From positions 199,531 to 263,530 of the forward strand of contig CAVRZZ010000006.1 of NCBI GenBank assembly GCA_963725875.1: DNA of 64,000 nt. Direction: 5' to 3'. A program made the position numbers and the translations under genes. Of this stretch, positions 8,076 through 16,767 are shown piece by piece; the first letter of the stretch is position 1, and every line of letters begins with the position of its first letter. This DNA comes from an uncultured Chloroflexia bacterium. Lineage in GTDB: Bacteria; Chloroflexota; Limnocylindria; Limnocylindrales; CSP1-4. A model generated the notes under the pieces. That model ran no database searches. It was not told where the DNA came from and saw nothing but the letters and a program-made list of their open reading frames with translations.

Positions 8076-9098
8076 ATGAGCACGGAGCCGCCGATGTCCG
8101 CCATTCCCGCCACCTTCCGCGCCTTCGTCGTCACGCGGGGCGGCGAGGGCGTCACGAGGGGCATCCACCCCTTCGCCGAGGCGGACCTGCCGCCCGGCGA
8201 GGTCGAGATCCGCGTCGGCTGGTCGAGCGTCAACTACAAGGACGGCCTCGCCACGATCGCGAACGGCAAGGTCGCCCGGATCGACCCCCTGGTCCCCGGG
8301 ATCGACCTGGCCGGCGAGGTGATCGCCAGCGAGGACCCGGCGATCCCGGTCGGGTCGGCGGTCCTCGCCCACGGCTACGAGCTGGGCGTCAGCCGCCATG
8401 GGGGCTACGCCGAGTACCAGCGCGTCCCGGCCGGCTGGGTCGTGCCGCTGCCGGCGGGCCTCACCCCGCGCCTGGCGATGGCGATCGGGACGGCCGGCTT
8501 CACGGCGGCGATGTCCGTCGTGGCGCTCGAGGAGCACGGCCTGGTGGCGGGCGCCGGGCCCGTGCTGGTCACGGGCGCGTCGGGCGGCGTGGGCTCGAAC
8601 GCCGTCGGGATCCTGGCGGCGCGCGGCCACGAGGTCTGGGCGGCGACCGGCAAGGCCGGCGAAGCGGACCGGCTGCGGGCACTGGGCGCCGCCGTGGTTC
8701 TCTCGCGCGAGGAGGTCACGACCGAGAGCCCGAGGCCGCTCGAGTCGGAGCGCTGGGCCGGCGCGATCGATTGCGTGGGCGGGGCGACGCTGCCGTACAT
8801 CCTGCGCACGCTTCGTCGCGGCGGGACGGTGGCCGCGTCCGGCAACACCGGTGGCCCCGGCTTCGCCACGACGGTCTTCCCGTTCATCCTGCGCTCGGTG
8901 GCCCTGGTGGGGATCGATTCGGCGGCCGTCCCGATCGCGGAGCGCCGCCGCGCCTGGGACCGGCTCGCCACGGACCTGCGGCCGAACGGCCTGGGCGACG
9001 CGATCACGGAGGTGACGCTGGACTCGCTGCCCGACGCGCTCGACGGGATCCTTGCCGGGCGCGCCCGCGGACGCTGGATCGTCCGCGTCGGCCGCTGA
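8076..9098 (+). CDS. acuI: AcuI/YhdH-type NADPH-dependent acrylyl-CoA / quinone oxidoreductase (MDR superfamily)
   Basis: SSVNYKDGLA, PGIDLAGEV, GGYAEY and VLVTGASGGVGS. An alternative start is the ATG at 8094, which has a GGAG SD. Confidence 0.85.
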   Translation: MSTEPPMSAIPATFRAFVVTRGGEGVTRGIHPFAEADLPPGEVEIRVGWSSVNYKDGLATIANGKVARIDPLVPGIDLAGEVIASEDPAIPVGSAVLAHGYELGVSRHGGYAEYQRVPAGWVVPLPAGLTPRLAMAIGTAGFTAAMSVVALEEHGLVAGAGPVLVTGASGGVGSNAVGILAARGHEVWAATGKAGEADRLRALGAAVVLSREEVTTESPRPLESERWAGAIDCVGGATLPYILRTLRRGGTVAASGNTGGPGFATTVFPFILRSVALVGIDSAAVPIAERRRAWDRLATDLRPNGLGDAITEVTLDSLPDALDGILAGRARGRWIVRVGR

Positions 9099-9187
9099 CT
9101 GGCGCCCGCGCGCCTGGGCCACGCCCGCACGTCCGGCCCACACCCGCAGCCCCGCGCATCACGTCCGGGCGGGCGAGACGAGCGTCG

Positions 9188-9634
9188 TCAGGGGACGAGG
9201 TCGGCCAGCTGGACGACGTCGACGTGGGGCATCGGCCGGACCCGCCGGTCGTTCGTCACGAGGGCGGACGCCCCGGCCGTTCGAGCCGTCGCGACGTGGA
9301 TCGCGTCGGCGAGGGTCATGCCCGTTCGCCCGCGGACGAACCCCGCGTCAGCCGCGATCTCGGCCGTGGTCGGCACGACGTGGAGGTGTTCGATCGCCAG
9401 GACTCCCTCCGCGTATCGCTCTGCGGTCGTCTCGTCGCCCGCCGCGACGGGCCCCACGAGGAGCTCGGTGAGTGCGATCGACGCCGCAACCCCCGTGACC
9501 CGTCCCAGTGACACAGCATCGACCACGGCGGCCGCTGCGGTCGCGAGGGACCCGTCGCCTTCGAACAGGTACACGAAGATGCTGGCATCAAGGGCGATGC
9601 GTCGGTGGCGCCGGCAGAGCTCGTCGACGGTCAC
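9188..9634 (-). CDS. vapC: PIN-domain ribonuclease toxin VapC
   Basis: GTG start in a GTGA overlap with the antitoxin stop. IALDASIFVYLFEG, ELLVGP and MTLADAIHVATA...LVTNDRR. Confidence 0.85.
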   Translation of the reverse strand: MTVDELCRRHRRIALDASIFVYLFEGDGSLATAAAAVVDAVSLGRVTGVAASIALTELLVGPVAAGDETTAERYAEGVLAIEHLHVVPTTAEIAADAGFVRGRTGMTLADAIHVATARTAGASALVTNDRRVRPMPHVDVVQLADLVP

Positions 9635-9972
9635 CCGGGCCGCTCCGGCGTCTCGCGCACGGCGTGATGGGCCCCAGTCGCGTCGGTGGCGCCGGCGGCC
9701 CGGATGTCCGCATCCATCTGGGCTCGGCGCTCGAGCCATCGGGCCTCGTCCTCGTCGCGCATCGCGCGGATCCGCTCGGCAGCATCGGTTCCGTCGTAGA
9801 GGTGGGCGCCGATGCCGAGCAGGCGCGTGCCGGCAGGGACGTGCCGGCGGAGGTGGATGACGTCGCCGTCGATCTCGACGTCGAGGCGGTCGCCGGCCTT
9901 GAGCCCCAGCTTCTTCCGGGCCTCGCTTGGCACCGCGATCTGGTGCTTGGTGCTGATCTTGACGCTTAGCAT
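9631..9972 (-). CDS. vapB: AbrB/MazE/SpoVT-family antitoxin (VapB type)
   Basis: MLSVKISTKHQIAVPSEARKKLGLKAGDRLDVEIDGDVIHL swapped-hairpin motif. Confidence 0.85.
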   Translation of the reverse strand: MLSVKISTKHQIAVPSEARKKLGLKAGDRLDVEIDGDVIHLRRHVPAGTRLLGIGAHLYDGTDAAERIRAMRDEDEARWLERRAQMDADIRAAGATDATGAHHAVRETPERPG

Positions 9973-9979
9973 GCTCGCA

Positions 9980-10008
9980 ATGATAGGCGACCCCGCGTCG
10001 CCTGACAA
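9980..10008 (-). promoter_or_regulatory. Sigma-A-like promoter of vapBC: -35 TTGTCA, 17-nt spacer, -10 TATCAT, ATG 7 nt downstream (leaderless); the spacer is the palindrome GGCGAC-N5-GTCGCC
   Basis: Read directly on the minus strand: ttgtca ggcgacgcggggtcgcc tatcat tgcgagc ATG. Confidence 0.6.
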
Positions 10009-10063
10009 ATCCGACCCGAGGCACCGAGCCGCGGGCGGGCGGGCGGCCCGGTAGGCTGGCGCG

Positions 10064-11014
10064 GTGGAGCCGCTCGAGCGCCGGTTCGTTCCGACCCTTC
10101 CCGTCGACCTGCGCCGGACGCTGGGAATCCACCGGCGGGGACCGGGCGACCCGACCATGCGCTTCTCGCGCGACGGCTCCGCCTGGCGGGCGAGCCGGAC
10201 GCCGGAGGGCCCGGCGACGCTTCGCCTGGTTCCCGACGGCGACGCGATCCGGGCCCAAGCCTGGGGGCCGGGCGCGGCGTGGGCGATCGAGCAGGCACCC
10301 GAGCTCATCGGCGCCGACGAGGATCCCGCCCTCCTCGCGGCGTTCGCCGACCGCGTGGCAGCCGCCGGCCCCCCGCTCCTTCGTACCCTGCTAGCACGCT
10401 ACCACGACATCAGGCTGGGACGGACGCGCCGGGTGCTCGAGGCGCTGGTCCCCGCGATCATCGAGCAGAAGGTGACCGGAGACGAGGCACGGACGGCATT
10501 CGTCGCGCTGGTGCGGCGCCATGGCGAGCCGGCACGGGGACCCTGGGACGTCGCCGGACGGCCCGCCCTGCTCCGCGTCCCCCCGGCCCCCGAAACGCTG
10601 GCCGGGCTGCCCGGCTACGCCTACCACCCCCTGGGGCTCGAACGCCGCCGGGCCGACGCGATCCGGGGGGCGGCCACCCGGGCGGTCCGCCTGGAGGAGT
10701 GCGCCGAGCTGCCGCTCGCCGAAGCGTACGCGCGCCTGCGCGCGCTCCCGCTCGTGGGCCCGTGGACGGCCGCGGAGGTGGGCCTGCGGGCGTTCGGCGA
10801 CCCGGACGCCGTGAGCGTCGGCGACTTCCACCTCTCGCACGCGGTCTGCTGGGCGCTCGCCGGCGAGTGGCGCGGCACGGACGAGCGCATGCTCGAGCTC
10901 CTGGCCCCGTACGCTGGCCACCGGGCCCGCGTGATCCGCCTCGTCGAGGCGGCCGGTATCCACGCGCCCCGCCGGGGCCCCCGAATGGCGCCTCGCTCGA
11001 TCGCGGGGATCTGA
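10064..11014 (+). CDS. alkA: DNA-3-methyladenine glycosylase II (AlkA-like, HhH-GPD family)
   Basis: ALVPAIIEQKVTGDEA, LRALPLVGPWTAAEV (HhH-GPD) and VGDFHL. TAGGCT lies 6 nt before the GTG. Confidence 0.8.
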   Translation: MEPLERRFVPTLPVDLRRTLGIHRRGPGDPTMRFSRDGSAWRASRTPEGPATLRLVPDGDAIRAQAWGPGAAWAIEQAPELIGADEDPALLAAFADRVAAAGPPLLRTLLARYHDIRLGRTRRVLEALVPAIIEQKVTGDEARTAFVALVRRHGEPARGPWDVAGRPALLRVPPAPETLAGLPGYAYHPLGLERRRADAIRGAATRAVRLEECAELPLAEAYARLRALPLVGPWTAAEVGLRAFGDPDAVSVGDFHLSHAVCWALAGEWRGTDERMLELLAPYAGHRARVIRLVEAAGIHAPRRGPRMAPRSIAGI

Positions 11015-11318
11015 CAGTGGCTGCGCCGACCGTCAGCACTCCGCGAGGCACCCGGCGCCAGGACCGGCCCGACGTCGGGAACCAGCCCGACATCCGGAAT
11101 GGTGGGCGCGACCGGCAGGTACGACAGCGCCGCGCTGCCGACCCTGTGGGACTCGAGGCTCCCGCGGATGCCCAGGGGATCCGGGGTTCGCGCAGTTCGT
11201 CCCCCGATGAGACTCGTGGCGCTGTTCGAGGCCGCGCACGACCAGTACAGTGAGGTCGCTCGCGGCCGACCCGTCGCGCCGCGTGCGGCAGGCCAGCCGA
11301 GCACGACAGGAGAGGACG

Positions 11319-12273
11319 ATGAAGACGACCCCTGCCGCAGCGCGGCGAGCCCTCGGTGCGGCGATCGTCGCGGTCGCCGTCGCGGCGTGTGGCGGAGGGG
11401 CGGCGTCGCCGGGCGCGTCGTCGTCGTCGGACACGGCCAGCGCGGCGCCGGACGCGACCGCCATGGCGTCACCTGAGGCGACCGCCGTGCCGTCACCGGC
11501 CGGATCGCGGGACCTCATCCTGGCGACGACCACGTCCACCCAGGATTCGGGGCTCCTGGACGTGCTCGTTCCCGCCTTCGAGGAGGCTACCGGCTACTCC
11601 GTGAAGACGGTGGCCGCCGGCAGCGGGCAGGCCATCAAGATGGGCGAAGAGGGGAATGCCGACGTCCTGCTCGTGCACTCGCCCGCCGCCGAGCAGGAGC
11701 TGGTGGACGCGGGATACGGCATCGACCGCCGGCTCGTGATGCACAACTCCTTCCTGGTCGTCGGCCCCGCGTCCGACCCCGCCGGCATCCTGGGCGCGAC
11801 CTCCGTCGTCGACGCGTTCACGCAGATCGCCGGACAAGGGCGCGACCTTCGTCTCCCGCGGGGACGAGTCGGGCACCCACGTGAAGGAGCTCGGCTACTG
11901 GAAGAAGGCCGGGATCACGCCGGAGGGCGCCTGGTACCTCGAGTCGGGCCAGGGGATGGCTGCGACGCTGCGGGTGGCCTCCGAGAAGGCGGGCTACACG
12001 CTGACCGACATCGCCACCTGGCTTGCCACGCAGGACCAGCTCGAGCTCGAGAGCCTCGTCACGGACGACCCCTCGCTGCTCAACCCGTACCACGTCATCC
12101 AGGTGAACCCGGACAAGTTCCCAAAGGTCAACGCGGCGGGCGGCAACGCCTTCGCCGACTTCCTCCTCTCGTCCGAAGGGCAGGAGCTGATCGGGTCGTT
12201 CGGCGTCGACGAGTTCGGGACCCAGCTCTTCGTCCCCGACGGCGGGAAGACGGACGCCGATCTCGGCCTCTGA
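11319..12273 (+). pseudogene. tupA: Tungstate ABC transporter substrate-binding lipoprotein TupA, reading frame broken near 11832-11841
   Basis: AGGAGAGGA SD, lipobox VAVAACG and ATTTSTQDSGLLD. The frame then switches: ...FTQIAGQG | (K)GATFVSRGDESGTHVKELGYWKKAGI continues in track ORF 11881..12273. Confidence 0.75.
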
Positions 12274-12353
12274 CCGTCCGGCCGCGAGCAGGTCAGAATG
12301 AGGGGTGCGGCTGGGACGGAGCCGGGGTCCGCGCGACGAGGAGCACGATCGAC

Positions 12354-13013
12354 GTGAGCGGCGACCCGTTTGCCTACATCGTCGAGATCACCATGCTTTC
12401 ACTCGCGGTCTCGGGCGCCGCCACCCTGATCAGCGTGCTGATCGGGCTGCCGATCGGCACCTGGCTTGCGCTGTCGCGGATGCGCTCGCGCCGCGTGATC
12501 CTCAGCGCCGTCAACACCGGCATGGCCCTGCCGCCGGTCATCGTCGGCCTGGCCGTCGCCCTGCTCCTCTGGCGCAGCGGGATCCTCGGGGACCTGGGCC
12601 TCATGTACACGCCGGGGGCGATGGTGATCGCGGAGGTCGTGATCGCGGCCCCGGTCATGGCGGGGCTCACGGTGGCGGGCCTCGGCCAGCTCGATCCGCG
12701 GCTGCAGCTCCAGCTCCAGGGCCTCGGCGCGTCGCGCTGGCAGACGATCTGGTGGCTCTGGCGCGAGGCCCGCCTGCCGCTGCTGGCGGCGCTCATGGCA
12801 GCCTTCGGCAGCGTGATCTCGGAGGTCGGCGCCGCGATGATGGTCGGCGGAAACATCGCCCACCAGACGCGGGTGCTCACCACGTCGATCGTGCTCGAGA
12901 CCGGGCGCGGCGAGTTCGGGAACGCGATCATCCTCGGGCTCGTGCTGCTCGCCCTCGCCTTCATGGTCAACGGCGTCCTCACCTGGGCGCAGCAGCGCGG
13001 GCCCCGTCCCTGA
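12354..13013 (+). CDS. tupB: Tungstate ABC transporter permease TupB
   Basis: GTG start. Five or six TM segments and an ABC permease EAA-like loop (LGASRWQTIWWLWREARLPLL). It forms the C-terminal part of composite track ORF 11250..13013. Confidence 0.8.
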   Translation: MSGDPFAYIVEITMLSLAVSGAATLISVLIGLPIGTWLALSRMRSRRVILSAVNTGMALPPVIVGLAVALLLWRSGILGDLGLMYTPGAMVIAEVVIAAPVMAGLTVAGLGQLDPRLQLQLQGLGASRWQTIWWLWREARLPLLAALMAAFGSVISEVGAAMMVGGNIAHQTRVLTTSIVLETGRGEFGNAIILGLVLLALAFMVNGVLTWAQQRGPRP

Positions 13014-14109
13014 TGGCCGCCGTCCGTCGCCTCGAGCCCCCGGGTGCCCGCGGGCCCGGAGAGGTCGTCCTCGAGGTCCGCGACCTCGTCGTCGCGCGCG
13101 GAGGGCGGCGGATCCTCGAGGTGGAGCGAGCTACAGATCCGCTCCGGCGAGACCCTCACGGTGGTCGGCCCGAACGGGGCCGGCAAGAGCACGCTCCTGC
13201 TCGCGCTCGCGCGCCTCGTGCGCCCGGACCGCGGGGCGATCACCTTCGCCGGAGCGCCGCTCGGTGGCCACGACGAGCTCGCCTACCGCCGCCGGATCGG
13301 GCTCGTCCTCCCGGCGCCGCTGCTGCTGTCCACGTCGGTGTTCGACAACGTTGCCGCCGGGCTGCGCTTCCGACGGGTCGGCGCGGCGGAGACCCGGGAG
13401 CGCGTCGAGGATTGGCTGGAGCGGCTGTCGATCGCCCACCTGCGCGAGCGCCCGGCAGTCCAGCTCTCGACCGGGGAGGCCCAGCGCGTCAGCCTGGCCC
13501 GGGCGTTCGTCCTGGACCCCGAGCTCCTCCTGCTCGACGAGCCCTTCGCCTCGCTCGATCCGGGAACGCGCGCGGAGCTGACGGACGACTTCGAGCAGCT
13601 CCGGCGCGGGACCGCCACCACCTGCGTGCTCGTCACGCACGACCTCAACGAGGCGGCCCGCCTGGGCGACCGGATGGCGGTCCTCCTCGACGGGTCCATC
13701 CGCCAGTGCGACGTCCCGGGCCGGGTGATGGCCGACGCCTGCCGACGGGGACGTGGCGTCGTTCGTCGGCACGCCGACGGGCGTGCGGGGCCGGGTCGTC
13801 GCGGCCCGCGATGGGCTCGTCGTCGTCGACGTCGGGGCTCGAGCCGAGCCCGACCTCCCGGCGCGGGCCGACGCCCTGCTGCGCGTGGCGGCGGGGCGGC
13901 CCGACATGTCGACCGCTGCGGCCGCCGCCGTGGTCCAGTCCGTGGCCGCGACCGGCGCCACGGTGGCGTCCCTCGCCGAGGCCGCGGCACGGGAGCATGA
14001 TGTCGGCGCCACGGCAGACGACGGCAACGCGACGAACGGCGGAGACGCGATGGACGACGGCAACGCGACGAGTGGCGGAGACGCGGCCGCCGGCCCGGGA
14101 GGTTCGTGA
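13013..14109 (+). pseudogene. tupC: Tungstate ABC transporter ATP-binding protein TupC with TOBE-like tail, two frame breaks (about 13124-13131 and 13731-13745)
   Basis: The ATG overlaps the tupB stop (TGATG). The three pieces are VVLEVRDLVVARGGRRILEVE (frame 2), LQIRSGETLTVVGPNGAGKS...LSTGEAQRV...LLLLDEPFASLD (frame 0), and PADGDVASFVGTPTGVRGRVV... (frame 1). A 36-nt tandem duplication (DDGNATNGGDAM/DDGNATSGGDAA) lies near the 3' end. Confidence 0.7.
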
Positions 14110-16013
14110 TGGGCTACGGCAGCAACGGGACGATCCTCCGGGTCGACCTGACCCGCGGCACGACGGCCGTCGAGACGTTCGACGAGTCCTTCTATCGCCG
14201 CTATCCCGGCGGCAAGGCGCTCGCCGCGTACCACCTGCTGCGCGAGATGCCCGCCGGCGCGGACCCCCTCGGCCCGGACAACCCGCTGATCCTCGCGACC
14301 GGCCTCCTCACGGGGGCGCCCGTCTCCACCGCGACCCGCTTCAACGCGATCGCCCGGTCGCCCCTCACCGGCGCGTTCGGGGAGTCGGAGGCCGGGGGCT
14401 ACTGGGGCCCCGAGCTGAAGATGGCCGGCCTCGACGCGATCATCCTCACCGGCCGGTCGCCCGAGCCCGTCTGGCTGTGGATCCGCGACGGCGTCGCCGA
14501 GATTCGCGACGCCCGGGCCCTCTGGGGCCAGCATCCGCCGGCGGTGCAGGCCGCCATCAAGTCCGAGGTCGGCGAGAAGAACGCCCGCGTCCTCCAGATC
14601 GGCCGTGCCGGGGAGAACCTGGTCCCCTACGCAATGCTCATGAACGAGCTGCGCCACTACAACGGCCGGACCGGGATGGGCGCCGTCATGGGCAGCAAGA
14701 ACGTCCGGGCGATCGCGGTGAAGGGCTCGCGGCGCTACCTCGAGCTGGCCGACGACGCGGCGGCCCTCGGCGCGATCGGCAAGCGTCTCGCGGGGGAGGT
14801 CACGGAGCACCCGCAGAGCTGGGACCTCCGGGCCAAGGGGACGCCGGGCCTGACGGACGGGCTCAACGCCGCCGGCATCCTCCCGACCCGGAACTTCCGG
14901 CAGGGATCCTTCGAGAACGTCGAGGGCATCGGCTGGGCGGCCTTCGAGGCGATCCGGAGCGGGACCCGCACCTGCTACGCCTGCGCCGTCCGCTGCAAGC
15001 CGGAGACCGCCTTCGAAGGTCGCTTCACCGTCACCGACACGTACGACGGCCCGGAATACGAGGGGATCGCCGGCTTCGGATCGAACTGCGCGATCTTCGA
15101 CCTCCAGCTCGTGGCGAAGGCCAACGAGCTGTGCAACGAGCTGGGCCTCGACGTCATCTCGACCGCGGGCACCGTCGCCTTCGTCATGGAGTGCGTCGAG
15201 CACGGGCTCCTCGGGCCGGCGGACCTCCAGGGGGTCGACCTCCGCTTCGGCAACGGCGAGGCCCTCCTCGAGGCGATCCCGCTGATCGCCGACCGGCGCG
15301 GCGTCGGCGAGCTGCTGGCCCTCGGGTCGCGGCGGATCGCCGAGCAGGTCGGCGGCGAGTCGCTCTCCTTCGCGATGCAGGTGAAGGGCCTCGAGATGGC
15401 GATGCACGAGCCGCGCGGCAAGGTCGGCGTGGCCCTCGGCTATGCCACGAACGAGGCCGGGGCCGACCACCTCGTCGGCTTCCACGACGGCGTCTTCGTG
15501 AACCCCGAGTCGGTCTCGTTCAAGGGCGCCATGAAGATCGGGATCACGGAGCCCGCCGGCGTCCTCGACCTCGGCGAGACCAAGGTTCGCAACTGGTACA
15601 CCTCGGAACGCTGGAACAGCGCCGAGAAGGTCATCGGCTTCTGCTTCTTCGGTCCCGCGCCGCGGTCGTTCATCCAGGTCGACGATGTCGTCGGCGCCGT
15701 GCGCGCCGCGACCGGCTGGGACGTCACGGTCGACGAGCTCCTCGAGTGGGGCGAGCGGGCGGTCAACCTCGCCCGCCTCTTCAACGTCCGCGAGGGCTTC
15801 ACGCGGTCCGACGACCGGCTGCCCGACCGCCTCCACGACCCGCTCGAGGGTGGGCCGCTGACGGGGACGTCGATCGACCGGGCGGCCTTCGAGGCGGCGG
15901 TCACCCGCCTCTTCGAGCTGAAGGGCTGGGACCCGGCGACCGGTGTGCCGACGCCCGAGCGGCTGCGGGCGCTGGGCCTCGACTGGGCGGCCGACGTCGT
16001 GACCGCGGGCTGA
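14106..16013 (+). CDS. aor: Aldehyde:ferredoxin oxidoreductase (tungstopterin AOR family)
   Basis: MGYGSNGTILRVDLTRGT..., FNAIARSPLTGAFGESEAGGYWG and CYACAVRCK (Fe-S ligands), 635 aa. The start overlaps the tupC stop. Confidence 0.92.
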   Translation: MMGYGSNGTILRVDLTRGTTAVETFDESFYRRYPGGKALAAYHLLREMPAGADPLGPDNPLILATGLLTGAPVSTATRFNAIARSPLTGAFGESEAGGYWGPELKMAGLDAIILTGRSPEPVWLWIRDGVAEIRDARALWGQHPPAVQAAIKSEVGEKNARVLQIGRAGENLVPYAMLMNELRHYNGRTGMGAVMGSKNVRAIAVKGSRRYLELADDAAALGAIGKRLAGEVTEHPQSWDLRAKGTPGLTDGLNAAGILPTRNFRQGSFENVEGIGWAAFEAIRSGTRTCYACAVRCKPETAFEGRFTVTDTYDGPEYEGIAGFGSNCAIFDLQLVAKANELCNELGLDVISTAGTVAFVMECVEHGLLGPADLQGVDLRFGNGEALLEAIPLIADRRGVGELLALGSRRIAEQVGGESLSFAMQVKGLEMAMHEPRGKVGVALGYATNEAGADHLVGFHDGVFVNPESVSFKGAMKIGITEPAGVLDLGETKVRNWYTSERWNSAEKVIGFCFFGPAPRSFIQVDDVVGAVRAATGWDVTVDELLEWGERAVNLARLFNVREGFTRSDDRLPDRLHDPLEGGPLTGTSIDRAAFEAAVTRLFELKGWDPATGVPTPERLRALGLDWAADVVTAG

Positions 16014-16210
16014 GTGGCCGCCCGACTCGTGGCCGCCAGGTGGCGCGTGGCCATGGGCCGCGGCCTGGCCTCGGATGGACTCGTGGCCGCCGGCCGGGGC
16101 ATGGCCACGGATCGAGTGGCCGCCGGCCGGGGCGCGGCCGCCGGGCGGGGCGTGGCCGCCGGGCGGGGCGTGGCGGCCGCGCGACGCGTGGCCACGGATC
16201 GAATGGTGGC
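16014..16210. repeat. Degenerate tandem repeat with about 18-nt period (gtggccgccgggcggggc) filling the aor-moaD spacer
   Basis: gtggccgcc recurs about 8 times, and gtggccacggatcga occurs twice. Confidence 0.7.
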
Positions 16211-16447
16211 ATGAAGGTCCACCTGTTCGGCGAGCTCGGCTTCTACGGACCGGAGCGGCGGAGCCGGTTCGAGATACGGATCGAGGGCGAGCTGCCCCTG
16301 GCCGAGGCTCTCCGCCTGATCGGCGTACCGGAGGCGGACGTCGCGGTCATCGGGCTCAACGGCGAGGTCGTCCGGCTCGGTGACCCGTCGCTTACCGTGT
16401 GCGACGATGATCGCCTGGACCTGTTCCCGGCGACGAGTGGGGGTTGA
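16211..16447 (+). CDS. MoaD/ThiS-family ubiquitin-like sulfur carrier (C-terminal Gly-Gly)
   Basis: 78 aa, MKVHLFGEL...VIGLNGEVV...DDDRLDLFPATSGG. The ATG sits in an ATGA junction. Confidence 0.75.
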   Translation: MKVHLFGELGFYGPERRSRFEIRIEGELPLAEALRLIGVPEADVAVIGLNGEVVRLGDPSLTVCDDDRLDLFPATSGG

Positions 16448-16605
16448 CGGCGGCACCGCACGATGCGCGGCTGCGGGGCGTGGGGCACGCGGCCCAGCAT
16501 CCGACCGTGCACCCGACGGGGCCGGTCACCCGACGTGGCGTCGCCCCGACCGGGCCGGTTTAACCCGACCGTGCCGGTCTGCCCCGACCGGGCCGGTTTG
16601 AGCTC

Positions 16606-16758
16606 AACTCAACACCCGGCGTCCCGGACCGCGCTCGCGGTCGAAACGTTGCGTTCGACCGCAGATTGCGTGCGTGGTGGCGCGTCACGTGCAGGAATTT
16701 TGCGTCCAAACAGCGGATTCGTGCCCGACGACCGGCCTGAGACGCCCAGTGTTGAGTT
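16606..16758. other. AT-richer non-coding element bounded by an 18-nt imperfect inverted repeat
   Basis: aactcaacacccggcgtc (16606-16623) matches the reverse complement of gacgcccagtgttgagtt (16741-16758) at 16 of 18 positions. It contains internal alternative hairpins and TTGCGT repeats. Confidence 0.5.
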
Positions 16759-16767
16759 CAACTACAC

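Noticed and set aside
7859-8233. 124-aa minus-strand ORF between the TA module and acuI
   Set aside because: It overlaps the acuI 5' end on the opposite strand. It has no motifs, no SD and no -10 signal, and its composition is typical of GC artefact ORFs.
11015-11318. Moco/Tuco riboswitch in the 305-nt leader upstream of tupA
   Set aside because: The context is right, and there are loosely similar strings (gaggctcccgcgg...cccaggggat). I could not recognise the conserved core or draw the helices with confidence. A cmsearch with the Rfam Moco model would settle it.
11250-13013. 587-aa ORF as a single fused binding-protein/permease
   Set aside because: It is a composite. The N-terminus is TupA up to about 11835, the middle (GRDLRLPRGRVGHPREG...) is out-of-frame TupA, and the C-terminus from the GTG at 12354 is the TupB permease. 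The true TupA C-terminus lies in ORF 11881..12273.
16011-16214. In-frame TGA at the end of aor as selenocysteine or programmed read-through
   Set aside because: The AOR C-terminus (...LGLDWAADVVTAG) looks complete. I see no SECIS-like hairpin immediately downstream. An open frame through a GC-rich repeat is expected by chance. It is kept only as a remark in the repeat finding.
12305-16447. 1380-aa ORF, the longest in the track
   Set aside because: The translation is Arg/Gly/Pro/Ala low complexity across tupB, tupC and aor, each of which is clearly coding in another frame. Only its stretch MAAVRRLEPPG...GRRILEVE (tupC N-terminus) and its last 78 aa (the MoaD-like protein) are real. It stays open simply because stop codons are rare at this GC content.
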